This document shows, piece after piece, positions 1 to 9,497 of a DNA stretch of 64,000 nucleotides. The stretch spans positions 196,818 to 260,817 of the forward strand of contig CAVYQZ010000006.1 of the NCBI GenBank assembly GCA_963770755.1, read 5' to 3'. Position 1 is the stretch's first letter. Each line of letters starts with the position of its first letter. This DNA comes from Candidatus Aminicenantes bacterium. Lineage in GTDB: Bacteria > Acidobacteriota > Aminicenantia > UBA2199. Below the pieces are notes generated by a model. That model worked only from the letters and a program-made list of their open reading frames with translations, searched no databases and was not told the origin of the DNA. The position numbers were made by a program, and so were the translations under genes.

Positions 1-420
1 GCGTAAAACAGAGGAAAAATAAAAACGGCGAATTCAGCCAGGGGCCTGGAAAAAAAACGTCTCAATCCGGCCAGGTTTTCGCTGCGCCAGTTTTCATTCA
101 GCAGCATGAAGGGGAGAAGCAAAATCGCGATTGCGAAGAATATGCCGATGGTGAACGGAGTAATGATTTTAAAAAAGGCAATCAGGTAAAAATAAGCCGT
201 GGTCGCCAGCAAGCCCAGTGCCGCGGCTTCCAGAATTCCGATCGCAGCGATTCTGGTTTTCCAGGCGATAAAAAAACCGATGCTGATGATGGCACCCAGG
301 AATAAAACAGCTCCCAGCAGGGGAGGAAGCAACCATGGACCGTAACTGAACAAGAGCAGGTTGATCGTAAAAATCACGGCGGCCGCCAGCAGAAGGATGC
401 GGATGACACGTTTACTCATC
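1..420 (-). CDS. Hypothetical polytopic membrane protein, 5'-partial (start ATG at 420, runs off window)
   Basis: Reverse-complement translation from ATG at 418-420 gives MSKRVIRILLLAAAVIFTINLLLF..., hydrophobic throughout; not in ORF track because no stop inside window. Confidence 0.35.
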
Positions 421-456
421 ACCCGGAGTATAGCATTTTCTGGAAACGAAAACCAT

Positions 457-485
457 TTGACATTTTCAGGGATTTCACGTATATT
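457..485 (+). promoter_or_regulatory. Sigma-70-like promoter TTGACA-N17-TATATT upstream of CDS 592..1344
   Basis: ttgaca at 457-462, 17-nt spacer, tatatt at 480-485; read directly. Confidence 0.4.
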
Positions 486-591
486 TTTTCAGAGCTTTAT
501 AGCAAATTCTAAAATTTATTAGCTTTTTAGAAGAAATTTTGAATTTGCTATCTAAAGCTCTTATCCAGCTCTGCTGGGTGAGGAGAAGCCC

Positions 592-1344
592 ATGAGAAGA
601 TTGATTTTGTTGCTGATTTTGTCGGCCGCTTTTTCTTCATTTTTAACTGCCCAATCGACGCCTCGACCCATATCCATTTCGGTCGATCCCGGACTGGAAT
701 TGTCCTTTAATTCCATCCGCACTCTGGTCGGCCCAGAGAAAACAGCAAACACCTTTAATTTTCTGACGACCCGCTTGGCGCTGAAAATGGATGTCATCGA
801 ATATCTCTCGGTGGAAATTTTGGCCGGGTTCCATTATGCCTATGCCAGCGAGCCGCTTGATTTCACCAGCATGCCGCTTTCGCTGCGCTGGGACCGTGAA
901 AAATTCTCTGGACTGCTGCTCGGCTTGGCGGCGAGTTCCGAACCGCTGACCATGGACGATTTTTCACTGAAAGTCAGGGGGGAATTCACCTGGGCCATGG
1001 AAAAAGAAAAGACCTGGGAAATTGAACTGCCTACAGTCAGTGGCGAAGCCACGGGGGATAATGCCTTCAGCCTGCTGACCCTGGATGTGACCGTGCAATA
1101 CGATGGCTTCAGCGGAGTGACCCTTTTTGCCGGTCCGCGTTTAAGTCTGCTGAACGGGACATTTACAGCCGCTGAAACTATCATCGATCTGCAAGGTCAA
1201 CAGGAATTTTCTTATCGTCAAAAAAACTTTTTCGCCGTGTTGGCCGGCGCGGTGATCGAAATCGGCGGCAACTGGGAATTGAACGTCAAGGCCAGCCTGC
1301 TGGGACGGACCGAATTGTCCCTGGCTGTTTTTTACATTTTTTGA
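592..1344 (+). CDS. Hypothetical secreted/outer-membrane protein (signal peptide, C-terminal aromatic residue)
   Basis: N-terminus MRRLILLLILSAAFSSFLTAQ; ends ...AVFYIF; GGAG RBS before ATG. Confidence 0.55.
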   Translation: MRRLILLLILSAAFSSFLTAQSTPRPISISVDPGLELSFNSIRTLVGPEKTANTFNFLTTRLALKMDVIEYLSVEILAGFHYAYASEPLDFTSMPLSLRWDREKFSGLLLGLAASSEPLTMDDFSLKVRGEFTWAMEKEKTWEIELPTVSGEATGDNAFSLLTLDVTVQYDGFSGVTLFAGPRLSLLNGTFTAAETIIDLQGQQEFSYRQKNFFAVLAGAVIEIGGNWELNVKASLLGRTELSLAVFYIF

Positions 1345-1352
1345 GGTGAGCC

Positions 1353-2648
1353 ATGAAAATTAAAATGATACACTTGATTTTTTTTATTGGGATCTTTATC
1401 GCTGCCGCTGCCGGGCAAGCGGGCGAAAAAATAATTTCCGCTGCTACGCCTGCCGATTTTATTTCTGGACAATTGGTCGTCAAACTGGCGGCCGACAGCC
1501 AGGCGGACTTGTATAACTACGAATTTATTGCCAACCGCTTTGACGGTCAAATCAAAAGCGTGCAGCGTGAAAAATACTTCGGGTATTTGCTGATCGAAAC
1601 GACTCCCGAAACCGATTTGTCTGAGTTTAAAAAAAGATTGGCCGCTGAAAAATGGGTGCAGGACATCTCGTTCAATTACCAGGCCTCGATGAACGGCAAG
1701 ATTCCCGACGAGCAGTTTTTTTCTTACCAGTACGCTTTGCTCAACAGTGGGCAGGTCTATTACCCGGAACAAAATCTCAGGGGCATTGCCGCCGCTGATA
1801 TCAAAGCCAGTGAAGGCTGGGACTGGAGCATCAGCAGCCAAGATACCCTGATCGCCATCGTCGATTCCGGGATTGCCCTGGGGCACGAGGATCTGAAAAA
1901 CAAACTGCAGCCGGGCTATGACTTTGTCAACGACGATGACGACCCGCAAGATGACAACGGCCACGGTACTTTTGTGGCATCACTGGCTGCCGCCGAAACC
2001 GACAATGGCATCGGCATAGCCGGAGTGGGCTGGAATGCCATGCTGCTGCCGGTAAAAGTGCTGGACAGTCAAGGCAACGGCACTTACCTGACCATTGCCG
2101 TCGGCATCAGATACGCCGCCGACCAGGGGGCCAGGGTGATCAACCTGAGCCTGGGCGGAAATAATGACAGCTTTATCTTGAAGGACGCCTGCCAATACGC
2201 CTTCGACAAAGGTTGTATTCTGGTTGCTGCTGCGGGCGATAGCGGCAGTGAAACGGTCCAATTCCCGGCGGCATACGATTCTTTGTGCCTGGCCGTCGGT
2301 GCCAGCGACGCCAACGACGTTCTGGCTCCTTTTTCAAACCGCGGCCAGCAAATCGATGTGGTGGCCCCCGGTGTTTGGGTTTTCGGTGCCAGCTTCGACC
2401 CGGCGCGGCCGACCGAATTGCGCTCTTATGATTGGGGCAATGGAACGTCACTGGCCGCCGCTCATGTTTCCGGTGCCGCGGCCCTGCTGATTGACTATAA
2501 ACCGCTGCTGACCAATGTGCAGGTTATGGACATTATCAAGTATACCGCCGATGACGTCAACAGTGACACCCACCCAGGAGTAGACGAGGAGATGGGCTAT
2601 GGGCGCATTAATTTGCAGACCCTCCTTTCTCCATACTTCCTGAACTGA
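1353..2648 (+). CDS. Subtilisin-like serine peptidase (S8 family) with signal peptide
   Basis: Catalytic triad motifs DSGIALGHEDL, HGTFVASLAAA, GTSLAAAHVSGAAALL. Confidence 0.9.
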   Translation: MKIKMIHLIFFIGIFIAAAAGQAGEKIISAATPADFISGQLVVKLAADSQADLYNYEFIANRFDGQIKSVQREKYFGYLLIETTPETDLSEFKKRLAAEKWVQDISFNYQASMNGKIPDEQFFSYQYALLNSGQVYYPEQNLRGIAAADIKASEGWDWSISSQDTLIAIVDSGIALGHEDLKNKLQPGYDFVNDDDDPQDDNGHGTFVASLAAAETDNGIGIAGVGWNAMLLPVKVLDSQGNGTYLTIAVGIRYAADQGARVINLSLGGNNDSFILKDACQYAFDKGCILVAAAGDSGSETVQFPAAYDSLCLAVGASDANDVLAPFSNRGQQIDVVAPGVWVFGASFDPARPTELRSYDWGNGTSLAAAHVSGAAALLIDYKPLLTNVQVMDIIKYTADDVNSDTHPGVDEEMGYGRINLQTLLSPYFLN

Positions 2649-4270
2649 TGCTTTCCTATCTCAAAGTTGAAAACCTGGCGGTGGTGGAAAAAGTCGGCCT
2701 TGATTTTTCTGCCAACCTTAATATTCTTACCGGAGAAACCGGAGCCGGGAAATCCATTCTCATTGACGCCATTATGCTGCTGATCAATAAAAAAACTCCG
2801 GCAAACATCGTGCGCAACGGCACGCAAAAGTTGACGGTCGAAGCTTTGTTTATCCGGCAAGACGAGGAGATCATTTTAAAAAGGGAAATCAGCAAGAGCA
2901 AATCCCTGACTTATCTCAATGGAGAACTTGTTCCCTTTCCCATGGTCAAGGAAAAGGCTGAAGGTCTGCTGAACATCTATGGCCAGAAAGATCACATTTT
3001 TCTGCTCAATACCGCCAACCATCAGATTTTTCTCGATCGATTCGCGCAACATGGCGGTCTGTTGACGGCGTTGGCTGAAAAGTGCCGGTCGCTTCGCGGA
3101 CTGCAGGCCAGACGGAATGAACTGCAGGCCAAGTACGGGCAAGCCAGAGAAAAAATTGATTATATTGATTTTCAACTGCATGAAATCGAAAGCCTCGACC
3201 TGCATCCCGGGGACGAGCAGGTGTGGCAGGAACGTTTGAAAATCCTGGCCGCGGCCGAATCAATCCTGGAAAAATCCGAAATCCTGATCCAGGATTTTTA
3301 TCAAAATGACCAATCGGTTTACAACCTTTTAGCCCGTGACTTGGCTGCGGCCGCTTATCTGGGATCATTGTTTCCGGAATTCGACCATTTGAAAGACGAA
3401 ATTGACCGTTTCTTTAATTTGCTGCCGGAAATATCCGGCTTTCTGAGCAACCTGGCGGGAAAGGTCGATTACAATGAAAATGAATTGAATGAAATTTCCG
3501 AAAAATTGTCCCGACTGGAAAAACTTAAAGCCAAGCACAAACTCAGCCTGGAGCAATTATTGGAAAAATACAAGTATATGCGCCAGGAAAGGGACGAGTT
3601 GCTCAACCTGAATTTTTCCCTGACCGATATTGAAAAAGAGATTGCCTGCGAACTGGCTGAATACAAAATATTGCTGGCTCAAATCAGGGAAAGCCGGCGG
3701 AAAAACGCCAGTAAACTCAGTACATTGATCATCAAAGAACTGTCATTTCTGGAAATGGAAAAAGCCCGCTTTGAAGTTCGCATAGAAGAAAATGAGCCTA
3801 ATCCGGAAAATATCAATGAAACCGGCCCCGATAAAATCGAGTTTTACTTCAGTTCCAATCCAGGCCAGACCCTGGGGCGGTTGAAAGACGTGGCTTCAGG
3901 CGGCGAACTGTCGCGTTTGATGCTGGTGCTGAAATCAATCAGCGGCGACGAATCCGGAGCCACTTTCATTTTCGACGAGATCGATTCGGGTATCGGCGGC
4001 AAAACAGCCGAATTTGTCGGCGAAAAACTGCGTAAAATTTCCGCCCAGAATCAGGTGATCAGCATTTCCCACCTTCCCCAGATCGCCCGTTTTGCCGATC
4101 GCCATTTCCTGATCAACAAGGAATTCAAAAACAACCAGACTTACAGCACGGCCACGGTCCTGGAAAACAGCGCCCGGGTCAGGGAGATTGCCCGCTTGAT
4201 GGCCGGCAGCGCCATTAATGCCGATGTACTGAAGGCCGCCGAACTTTTGCTTGCCCGATCCAAAGTATGA
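2648..4270 (+). CDS. recN: DNA repair protein RecN
   Basis: N-terminus MLSYLKVENLAVVEKVGLDFSANLNILTGETGAGKSILIDAI, coiled-coil middle, C-terminal ATPase signature; start overlaps upstream stop (TGATG). Confidence 0.9.
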   Translation: MLSYLKVENLAVVEKVGLDFSANLNILTGETGAGKSILIDAIMLLINKKTPANIVRNGTQKLTVEALFIRQDEEIILKREISKSKSLTYLNGELVPFPMVKEKAEGLLNIYGQKDHIFLLNTANHQIFLDRFAQHGGLLTALAEKCRSLRGLQARRNELQAKYGQAREKIDYIDFQLHEIESLDLHPGDEQVWQERLKILAAAESILEKSEILIQDFYQNDQSVYNLLARDLAAAAYLGSLFPEFDHLKDEIDRFFNLLPEISGFLSNLAGKVDYNENELNEISEKLSRLEKLKAKHKLSLEQLLEKYKYMRQERDELLNLNFSLTDIEKEIACELAEYKILLAQIRESRRKNASKLSTLIIKELSFLEMEKARFEVRIEENEPNPENINETGPDKIEFYFSSNPGQTLGRLKDVASGGELSRLMLVLKSISGDESGATFIFDEIDSGIGGKTAEFVGEKLRKISAQNQVISISHLPQIARFADRHFLINKEFKNNQTYSTATVLENSARVREIARLMAGSAINADVLKAAELLLARSKV

Positions 4271-5565
4271 CTTTTTTCATCAAGACCTTCGGCTGCCAGA
4301 TGAATGTCAACGATTCGGAAAAAATTCGCCATTTATTGGAAAGCAAGGGGCTTGAGCTCAGTCGCAGCGAAGCAACTGCCGATATCATTATCATTAACAG
4401 TTGTGCCGTGCGTGAAAAACCCCAGGAAAAAATATTTTCCTATATCGGCCAGTTTCCTCCTGCCAAGAATATCATCGTTGCCGGCTGCGTGGCCCAAGTG
4501 GAAAAAGGGAATATTTTCAGGAAAAAAGTCAAAGTGGATTACGTGGTCGGCACGCATCAGTTTTACCGTATTGGTGAGATCATTGATGAGATTCGCCGCG
4601 GCGCCACTCCCGGAGCAGCGACGGCTTTCTCGAGGCAGTGGCAGGAATTGATTCCCGCGCCATCGGCCCGCAGCAGCAGCGTCACCGGCTATATCTCTAT
4701 CATGGAGGGTTGTGATAATTTTTGTTCCTACTGCATCGTACCCTTTACCCGCGGCCGCGAAAAATACCGTCCCCTGGCCGCCATATTGCGCGAAGCCGAA
4801 TACCTGGCCAAGCAAAATTATCAGGAAATCGTCCTGCTCGGCCAGAATGTCAACCATTGGCACGAGCCGTCCGGCGGCCTGACTTTTGCCGATATGCTGC
4901 GGTCTTTGGCCAGACAGATTCAAATACCCTGGATTCGCTTCATCACATCATATCCAGGCTACCATGACCGGGAACTGCTGGATGTCATGGCGAAAAACCG
5001 CAATATTGTCCGCCACATTCATTTCCCGGCTCAATCCGGATCGAGTCGGATCTTGAAAAAAATGCAGCGCACCTATTCCCGTTCGCAGTATGTGCATATC
5101 ATCGAGGATTTTCGTCGTGCCATTCCGGGAATGAAATTCAGTTCAGATTTCATTGTCGGTTTCCCGGGCGAAAGCAGCCGCGATTTCAGCCTGACCATGT
5201 CGCTGCTCGAACGGATGCAATACGAATCGGTTTTTTCCTTTATCTATTCGCCCCGGCCCCACACCAGCGCAGCGGCCATGGCCGTCACCGTGCCTGCCGC
5301 AATAGCCAAGGAGCGCTTACTGGCTTTGCAAAAACTGCAAGCGGATATCCAGTTGCAAAACAACCGCCAATTGATTGGTCAGACCATCCGGGTTTTAATT
5401 GTTAACAGACACGGCAAAAAACCCGGAGAAGTCATCGCTCGCAGTGAGAGCTACCGCGTGGTCAATTTTTCATCGCAAACACCCGTCGGCACATTCGCCA
5501 TGGTTAAAATCACCGCTGCTGGCCCCCATTCCCTGCGCGGCGAGCAGGTCGACGCGGCGGTTTAA
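4267..5565 (+). CDS. miaB: Radical-SAM methylthiotransferase, MiaB-like (tRNA 2-methylthioadenosine synthase)
   Basis: N-terminal MTTase domain FIKTFGCQMNVNDSE, radical SAM CDNFCSYCIVPFTRGRE, C-terminal TRAM-like region; ATGA overlap with recN stop. Confidence 0.8.
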   Translation: MTFFIKTFGCQMNVNDSEKIRHLLESKGLELSRSEATADIIIINSCAVREKPQEKIFSYIGQFPPAKNIIVAGCVAQVEKGNIFRKKVKVDYVVGTHQFYRIGEIIDEIRRGATPGAATAFSRQWQELIPAPSARSSSVTGYISIMEGCDNFCSYCIVPFTRGREKYRPLAAILREAEYLAKQNYQEIVLLGQNVNHWHEPSGGLTFADMLRSLARQIQIPWIRFITSYPGYHDRELLDVMAKNRNIVRHIHFPAQSGSSRILKKMQRTYSRSQYVHIIEDFRRAIPGMKFSSDFIVGFPGESSRDFSLTMSLLERMQYESVFSFIYSPRPHTSAAAMAVTVPAAIAKERLLALQKLQADIQLQNNRQLIGQTIRVLIVNRHGKKPGEVIARSESYRVVNFSSQTPVGTFAMVKITAAGPHSLRGEQVDAAV

Positions 5566-5575
5566 ATCAGTATTT

Positions 5576-6250
5576 TTATTTCTTCCGCGGGCGGCACAAA
5601 GCGATCGCACGCACCGGGGCGCCATCGGTTTCGGCTATCTTCAGTGGCAGGCAGCAAAATAAGAATTCGGCGGCAGGGATGTTTTGCAGATTAACCAGGT
5701 TCTCAATGAGGACGATGTTCCTGTCCAAGAAAATATGGTGGATCGGCAATGCGCTGGAGTCATGGACATCGAAGGAAATGGTGTCCACGCCGATCCCCTT
5801 GAAATCAAAGCCGCTCAGCCATTGTGCCGCCTCTTCCGAAAGTACCGGATAGCTGCTGAAATATCTCGCATGCCCCCAATGTTCGCTCCAGCCCGTATGC
5901 AACAGGACGAAGTCCTTTCCATTCAACAGTTTTCGGAAAGGAAGCAGATCGTTAACGGCGATGGGTTGACCCGGCAAGGCTGACAAATCCAGTGTCGCGG
6001 CAACGCCGATAAAGTGGGGCAAGCCCAGTTGCTCCAGAGTCGGTCCAGCCTCGAGTAAATGGGCCGGCGCATCCATGTGCGTTCCGCTGTGAGTCAGCAT
6101 GGTAATTCGCTGCTCGGCAAACCCGTGGCTGGCCAATGTGAAAGGCTTGAAAAAAACAGGGGGTTCCGTACCAGGGAAATAGGGCATGGTGGGTGAAATC
6201 GTATGACTCAGATCGGTTACCGTCAATCCGCTAAAAAAATCGTTTTTCAT
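5576..6250 (-). CDS. Cyclase-family protein (kynurenine formamidase-like)
   Basis: HSGTHMDAPAH metal-binding motif; start taken at MKNDFFSGL (ATG 6250, AGGA RBS), ORF track extends to 6298. Confidence 0.7.
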   Translation of the reverse strand: MKNDFFSGLTVTDLSHTISPTMPYFPGTEPPVFFKPFTLASHGFAEQRITMLTHSGTHMDAPAHLLEAGPTLEQLGLPHFIGVAATLDLSALPGQPIAVNDLLPFRKLLNGKDFVLLHTGWSEHWGHARYFSSYPVLSEEAAQWLSGFDFKGIGVDTISFDVHDSSALPIHHIFLDRNIVLIENLVNLQNIPAAEFLFCCLPLKIAETDGAPVRAIALCRPRKK

Positions 6251-6272
6251 AAAAAATTCCTTAAAATCACTT

Positions 6273-8309
6273 CTAACGCAATAGACGCAAAAAGTCATTC
6301 TCGCTGATGATTTTTACATGGTTTTTTTCGGCTCGGGCCAATTTGGAGCCGGGATTGGCACCGCTCAACAGATGTGTTGTCCGGGCGCTTACATTTTCCA
6401 GCACCCGGCCCCCACGTTTTTCGATCTCCTCGGCCGCCAGCGAGCGGGGGATGAATTTGGTCAAAGAACCGGTAATGACCCAGGTTTGGCCGGCAAAAGC
6501 ATCATTAATTCGGCGGGCAGCTCCCTTTTCAGTTGCGAATTTCAATCCCATTTCCTTCAGGCGGGAGATTAGCTGCAGGTTCTCGGGCTTGCTGAAATGA
6601 CCGACCAGCAGCCGCCCCGTGGTTTCGCCAATACCTTCGATGGCAGCGAAAATTTCCCAATCATTTTTTTTAGCGGCGGCGATGATCTTGTCCATGGAAT
6701 CAAAGCCATGGGCGATCAAGGCGCTGGCCGCGGCGCTGGCTACGCCGTCAAAGCCAAGGGCGGCCAGAACCCTGGCAAAAGGCCTGGATTTGCTCGCGGC
6801 TACGCCGGCGCGGATGCGGGCGATTTTTTTTTCCTTGAAGCCTTCTTCCCCGGCCAACATGGCATAATCAAAGCTGTAAATATCGGGGATGCTTCGCACC
6901 CAACCTCTGGCAAACAGCAAAGCGATGGTCTTTTCCCCCAGAGCTTCGATGTCCATCTGTTCCTTGGCGCAAAAATAATTGAGGCCACGCCGGCGCCGCT
7001 CGGGGCAGACTTCATTTTTACAGAAATGATGGGCACCCTCTTTGACCAATGGCGTTGAGCAGAAAGGGCAACACTTTGGAATTTTATATATAGAAGGATG
7101 GGTATCACTTTTTTCCAGCACGTCATCGACGGCCGGAATGACGTCTCCACGCTTGGAAATGCTGATCTCATCGCCAATGCCCAACTCCAGCATGTCGATG
7201 TAATCCTGGTTATGCAGCGTGGCCCGCGTGACCGTACTGCCGGAAAGGGCCACCGGTTTTAACAGCGCCACCGGAGTAACACGGCCGTTGCGCCCCACCT
7301 GGACTTGAATGTCAAGCAAGATGGTCCGGCCCTGCGGGGAGTCGAACTTGTAAGCCATGGCCCAGCGCGGGTGGTGAGCGGTGGTTCCGAGCTCCTGACG
7401 AATGTTCATTTCCACCACCTTGATCACCAGACCGTCAATATCATACGGCAATTCCCCGCGGGTGGATGCTTGCCGGCGCAGGTATTCCTCCACTGATGTT
7501 AAGGGCAAGGTTGTGATTTCGGGAAACATCCGACGCGCACGCAGCCGCTTGTCGTCTTCGTCGGAAAAATATCCCAGACGCGGATTGACACGAAATCCCA
7601 ATTGCGCCAACCGTTGAAGAATTTCCAGGTGGTCGCGGATGGATTCATTCTGAAAAAAACCTTCATAAACAAAAATATTCAAGGGCACCCTGGCAGTCAA
7701 AGCCGATTTGAGGTTGCGCAGTGACCCAGCTGCCAGGTTGCGCGGATTGGCGTATTTTTCAGCCATCCCTGAATTGAAACGTTCAAAATCCGGGCGCGTA
7801 ATATAAATTTCGCCGCGTACGGCCAATGGCGAGGATTCAGCGATGCGCAGGGGGACCTGGCTGATGGTGCGCACGTTGGCGCTGACATCGTTGCCCAGTA
7901 AACCGTTGCCCCGGGTCAGGGCGTATTGCAATTCTCCCCGGTCATAGTAGAGGACGATGGATGCGCCGTCAATTTTTTCCTCGATGGTGAATCCGATGTT
8001 GCTCCCGGCCGCGGCCGTGGTTTTTAGCAGCCATTGCCCGAGTTCTTCAGGCTGGTAAAGCTTGTCCAGGCTAAGCACGGGCACGCGATGCGTTTTTTCT
8101 GGAAAAGTATTGTCCAGGTCGGAACCCACCCTGCGGCTGGGTGAATTGATACTGACGTATTGGGGAGATCTCTTTTCCAGGCGTACCAGCTCGTCAAACA
8201 AGCGGTCGTATTCTTCATCGCTGATTTCGGGACGGGCTTGAACGTAATACAAATACTGGTGTTTGAGCAATTCAGCGGCAATTTCTTCCATCCGCTTCTT
8301 GTAATCCAT
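6273..8309 (-). CDS. ligA: NAD-dependent DNA ligase LigA
   Basis: Adenylation motif KIDGASIVLYY, Zn-finger CPFCSTPL, HhH and C-terminal BRCT; start taken at MDYKKRMEEIAAELL (8309); TATAAT only 7 nt upstream suggests leaderless mRNA; ORF track extends to 8393. Confidence 0.85.
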   Translation of the reverse strand: MDYKKRMEEIAAELLKHQYLYYVQARPEISDEEYDRLFDELVRLEKRSPQYVSINSPSRRVGSDLDNTFPEKTHRVPVLSLDKLYQPEELGQWLLKTTAAAGSNIGFTIEEKIDGASIVLYYDRGELQYALTRGNGLLGNDVSANVRTISQVPLRIAESSPLAVRGEIYITRPDFERFNSGMAEKYANPRNLAAGSLRNLKSALTARVPLNIFVYEGFFQNESIRDHLEILQRLAQLGFRVNPRLGYFSDEDDKRLRARRMFPEITTLPLTSVEEYLRRQASTRGELPYDIDGLVIKVVEMNIRQELGTTAHHPRWAMAYKFDSPQGRTILLDIQVQVGRNGRVTPVALLKPVALSGSTVTRATLHNQDYIDMLELGIGDEISISKRGDVIPAVDDVLEKSDTHPSIYKIPKCCPFCSTPLVKEGAHHFCKNEVCPERRRRGLNYFCAKEQMDIEALGEKTIALLFARGWVRSIPDIYSFDYAMLAGEEGFKEKKIARIRAGVAASKSRPFARVLAALGFDGVASAAASALIAHGFDSMDKIIAAAKKNDWEIFAAIEGIGETTGRLLVGHFSKPENLQLISRLKEMGLKFATEKGAARRINDAFAGQTWVITGSLTKFIPRSLAAEEIEKRGGRVLENVSARTTHLLSGANPGSKLARAEKNHVKIISENDFLRLLR

Positions 8310-8386
8310 GGGGCAATTATAAAAAAAAACGGCCGCGGAGTAAACAGTACGCTGGCAATCATTTTTATTTCTATTTTTCAAAACAA

Positions 8387-8413
8387 TTGACAAATACCGG
8401 AAAAAACTATAAT
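8387..8413 (+). promoter_or_regulatory. Sigma-70-like promoter TTGACA-N15-TATAAT in ligA/DUF4388 divergent region
   Basis: Perfect hexamers read directly; spacer short (15 nt). Confidence 0.35.
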
Positions 8414-8438
8414 ATTAATATTTAATTAAGAGAGATAA

Positions 8439-8978
8439 ATGAGCTTAAAAGGATCGCTAACTTCAATCAATCTGGCAGACATCATTCAGCTTGTTTCCAA
8501 TTCCAATCAAAGCGGCCGCTTCATTCTGACGCGCCCGAGCGGACAGCAGGGAATGATTTACCTGAAAAAAGGTGAAATAGTCCATGCCGAAGCTGATTCT
8601 TTCAAAGGTGAAGATGCTATTTTCACCCTGATCTCCTGGAATGAAGGCGAATTTGTTTTTGAAGAAGGGGTATTGGATACTCCCACCAGTATTCAGCGGC
8701 CGATAACTTCTTTGCTGATGGAATCGGCGCGCCGCATCGACGAATGGAAGCTGCTGCGCAAAAAAATCGGCTCTATCGATGCTATTCCCGAATTCAGCGA
8801 CATCGACCGTCAGGAACGCCGCAAAATTTCCCTTTCAACCATGGAATGGGTGATTATTGCCAAAATCGACGGCAAAAAGAACATCAACCAGATTTCCAAA
8901 GAATGTGCGGTCAATATCTTCGATACGGCACGCATCATCTACGGCATGGTCACTTCGGACCTGATCAAGCTGAAGTAA
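8439..8978 (+). CDS. Standalone DUF4388-domain protein
   Basis: GSLTSINLADIIQLVSNSNQSGRFIL...GMIYLKKGEIVHAE...AIFTLISWNEGEFVFEEG matches DUF4388 consensus from memory. Confidence 0.6.
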   Translation: MSLKGSLTSINLADIIQLVSNSNQSGRFILTRPSGQQGMIYLKKGEIVHAEADSFKGEDAIFTLISWNEGEFVFEEGVLDTPTSIQRPITSLLMESARRIDEWKLLRKKIGSIDAIPEFSDIDRQERRKISLSTMEWVIIAKIDGKKNINQISKECAVNIFDTARIIYGMVTSDLIKLK

Positions 8979-9019
8979 AAACCACGGCATCTGGACGCTG
9001 ATTCTTTAATCAAAAAATT

Positions 9020-9391
9020 CTATTCGATAACGACCAGGGCAACCGCCATATCCTTGGTATGGGAAAGAGACAGGAGCACGTTTTTTAATTTTTTATTTTT
9101 AAATTTTTTCAGCGCTGCCGCCGCCAGCTGGAGCTGAGGTTTGCCGAGCTCATCATTTTCCACTTCAACGTCCTGCCAGCTCATGCCGTCACGAAACCCG
9201 GTGCCCAGTGCTTTAAAAAAAGCTTCTTTGGCTGTGAAACGGGCCGCGTAATGCTGGGCTTTGAAATGCTTGCTTTCACAATAACTGATTTCCCGTGCCG
9301 TGAAAACCCTTTCGACAAATCCGTTGTCCTGCTCCAGCAGTTTGCGTATGCGACCGATTTCGACCAGGTCCACGCCAATGCCCTTGATCAT
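9020..9391 (-). CDS. acpS: Holo-[acyl-carrier-protein] synthase AcpS
   Basis: MIKGIGVDLVEIGRIRKL... typical 4'-phosphopantetheinyl transferase, 123 aa. Confidence 0.85.
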   Translation of the reverse strand: MIKGIGVDLVEIGRIRKLLEQDNGFVERVFTAREISYCESKHFKAQHYAARFTAKEAFFKALGTGFRDGMSWQDVEVENDELGKPQLQLAAAALKKFKNKKLKNVLLSLSHTKDMAVALVVIE

Positions 9392-9497
9392 ATAACCACC
9401 TGTAGCACAGTATAAAAAAATAAGCCGGAAAAATCAACCGCAGCAAAGGCGTCCGGCGTTTTTTTGTGTCCGTATATATGGTATACTATAATTGCTC

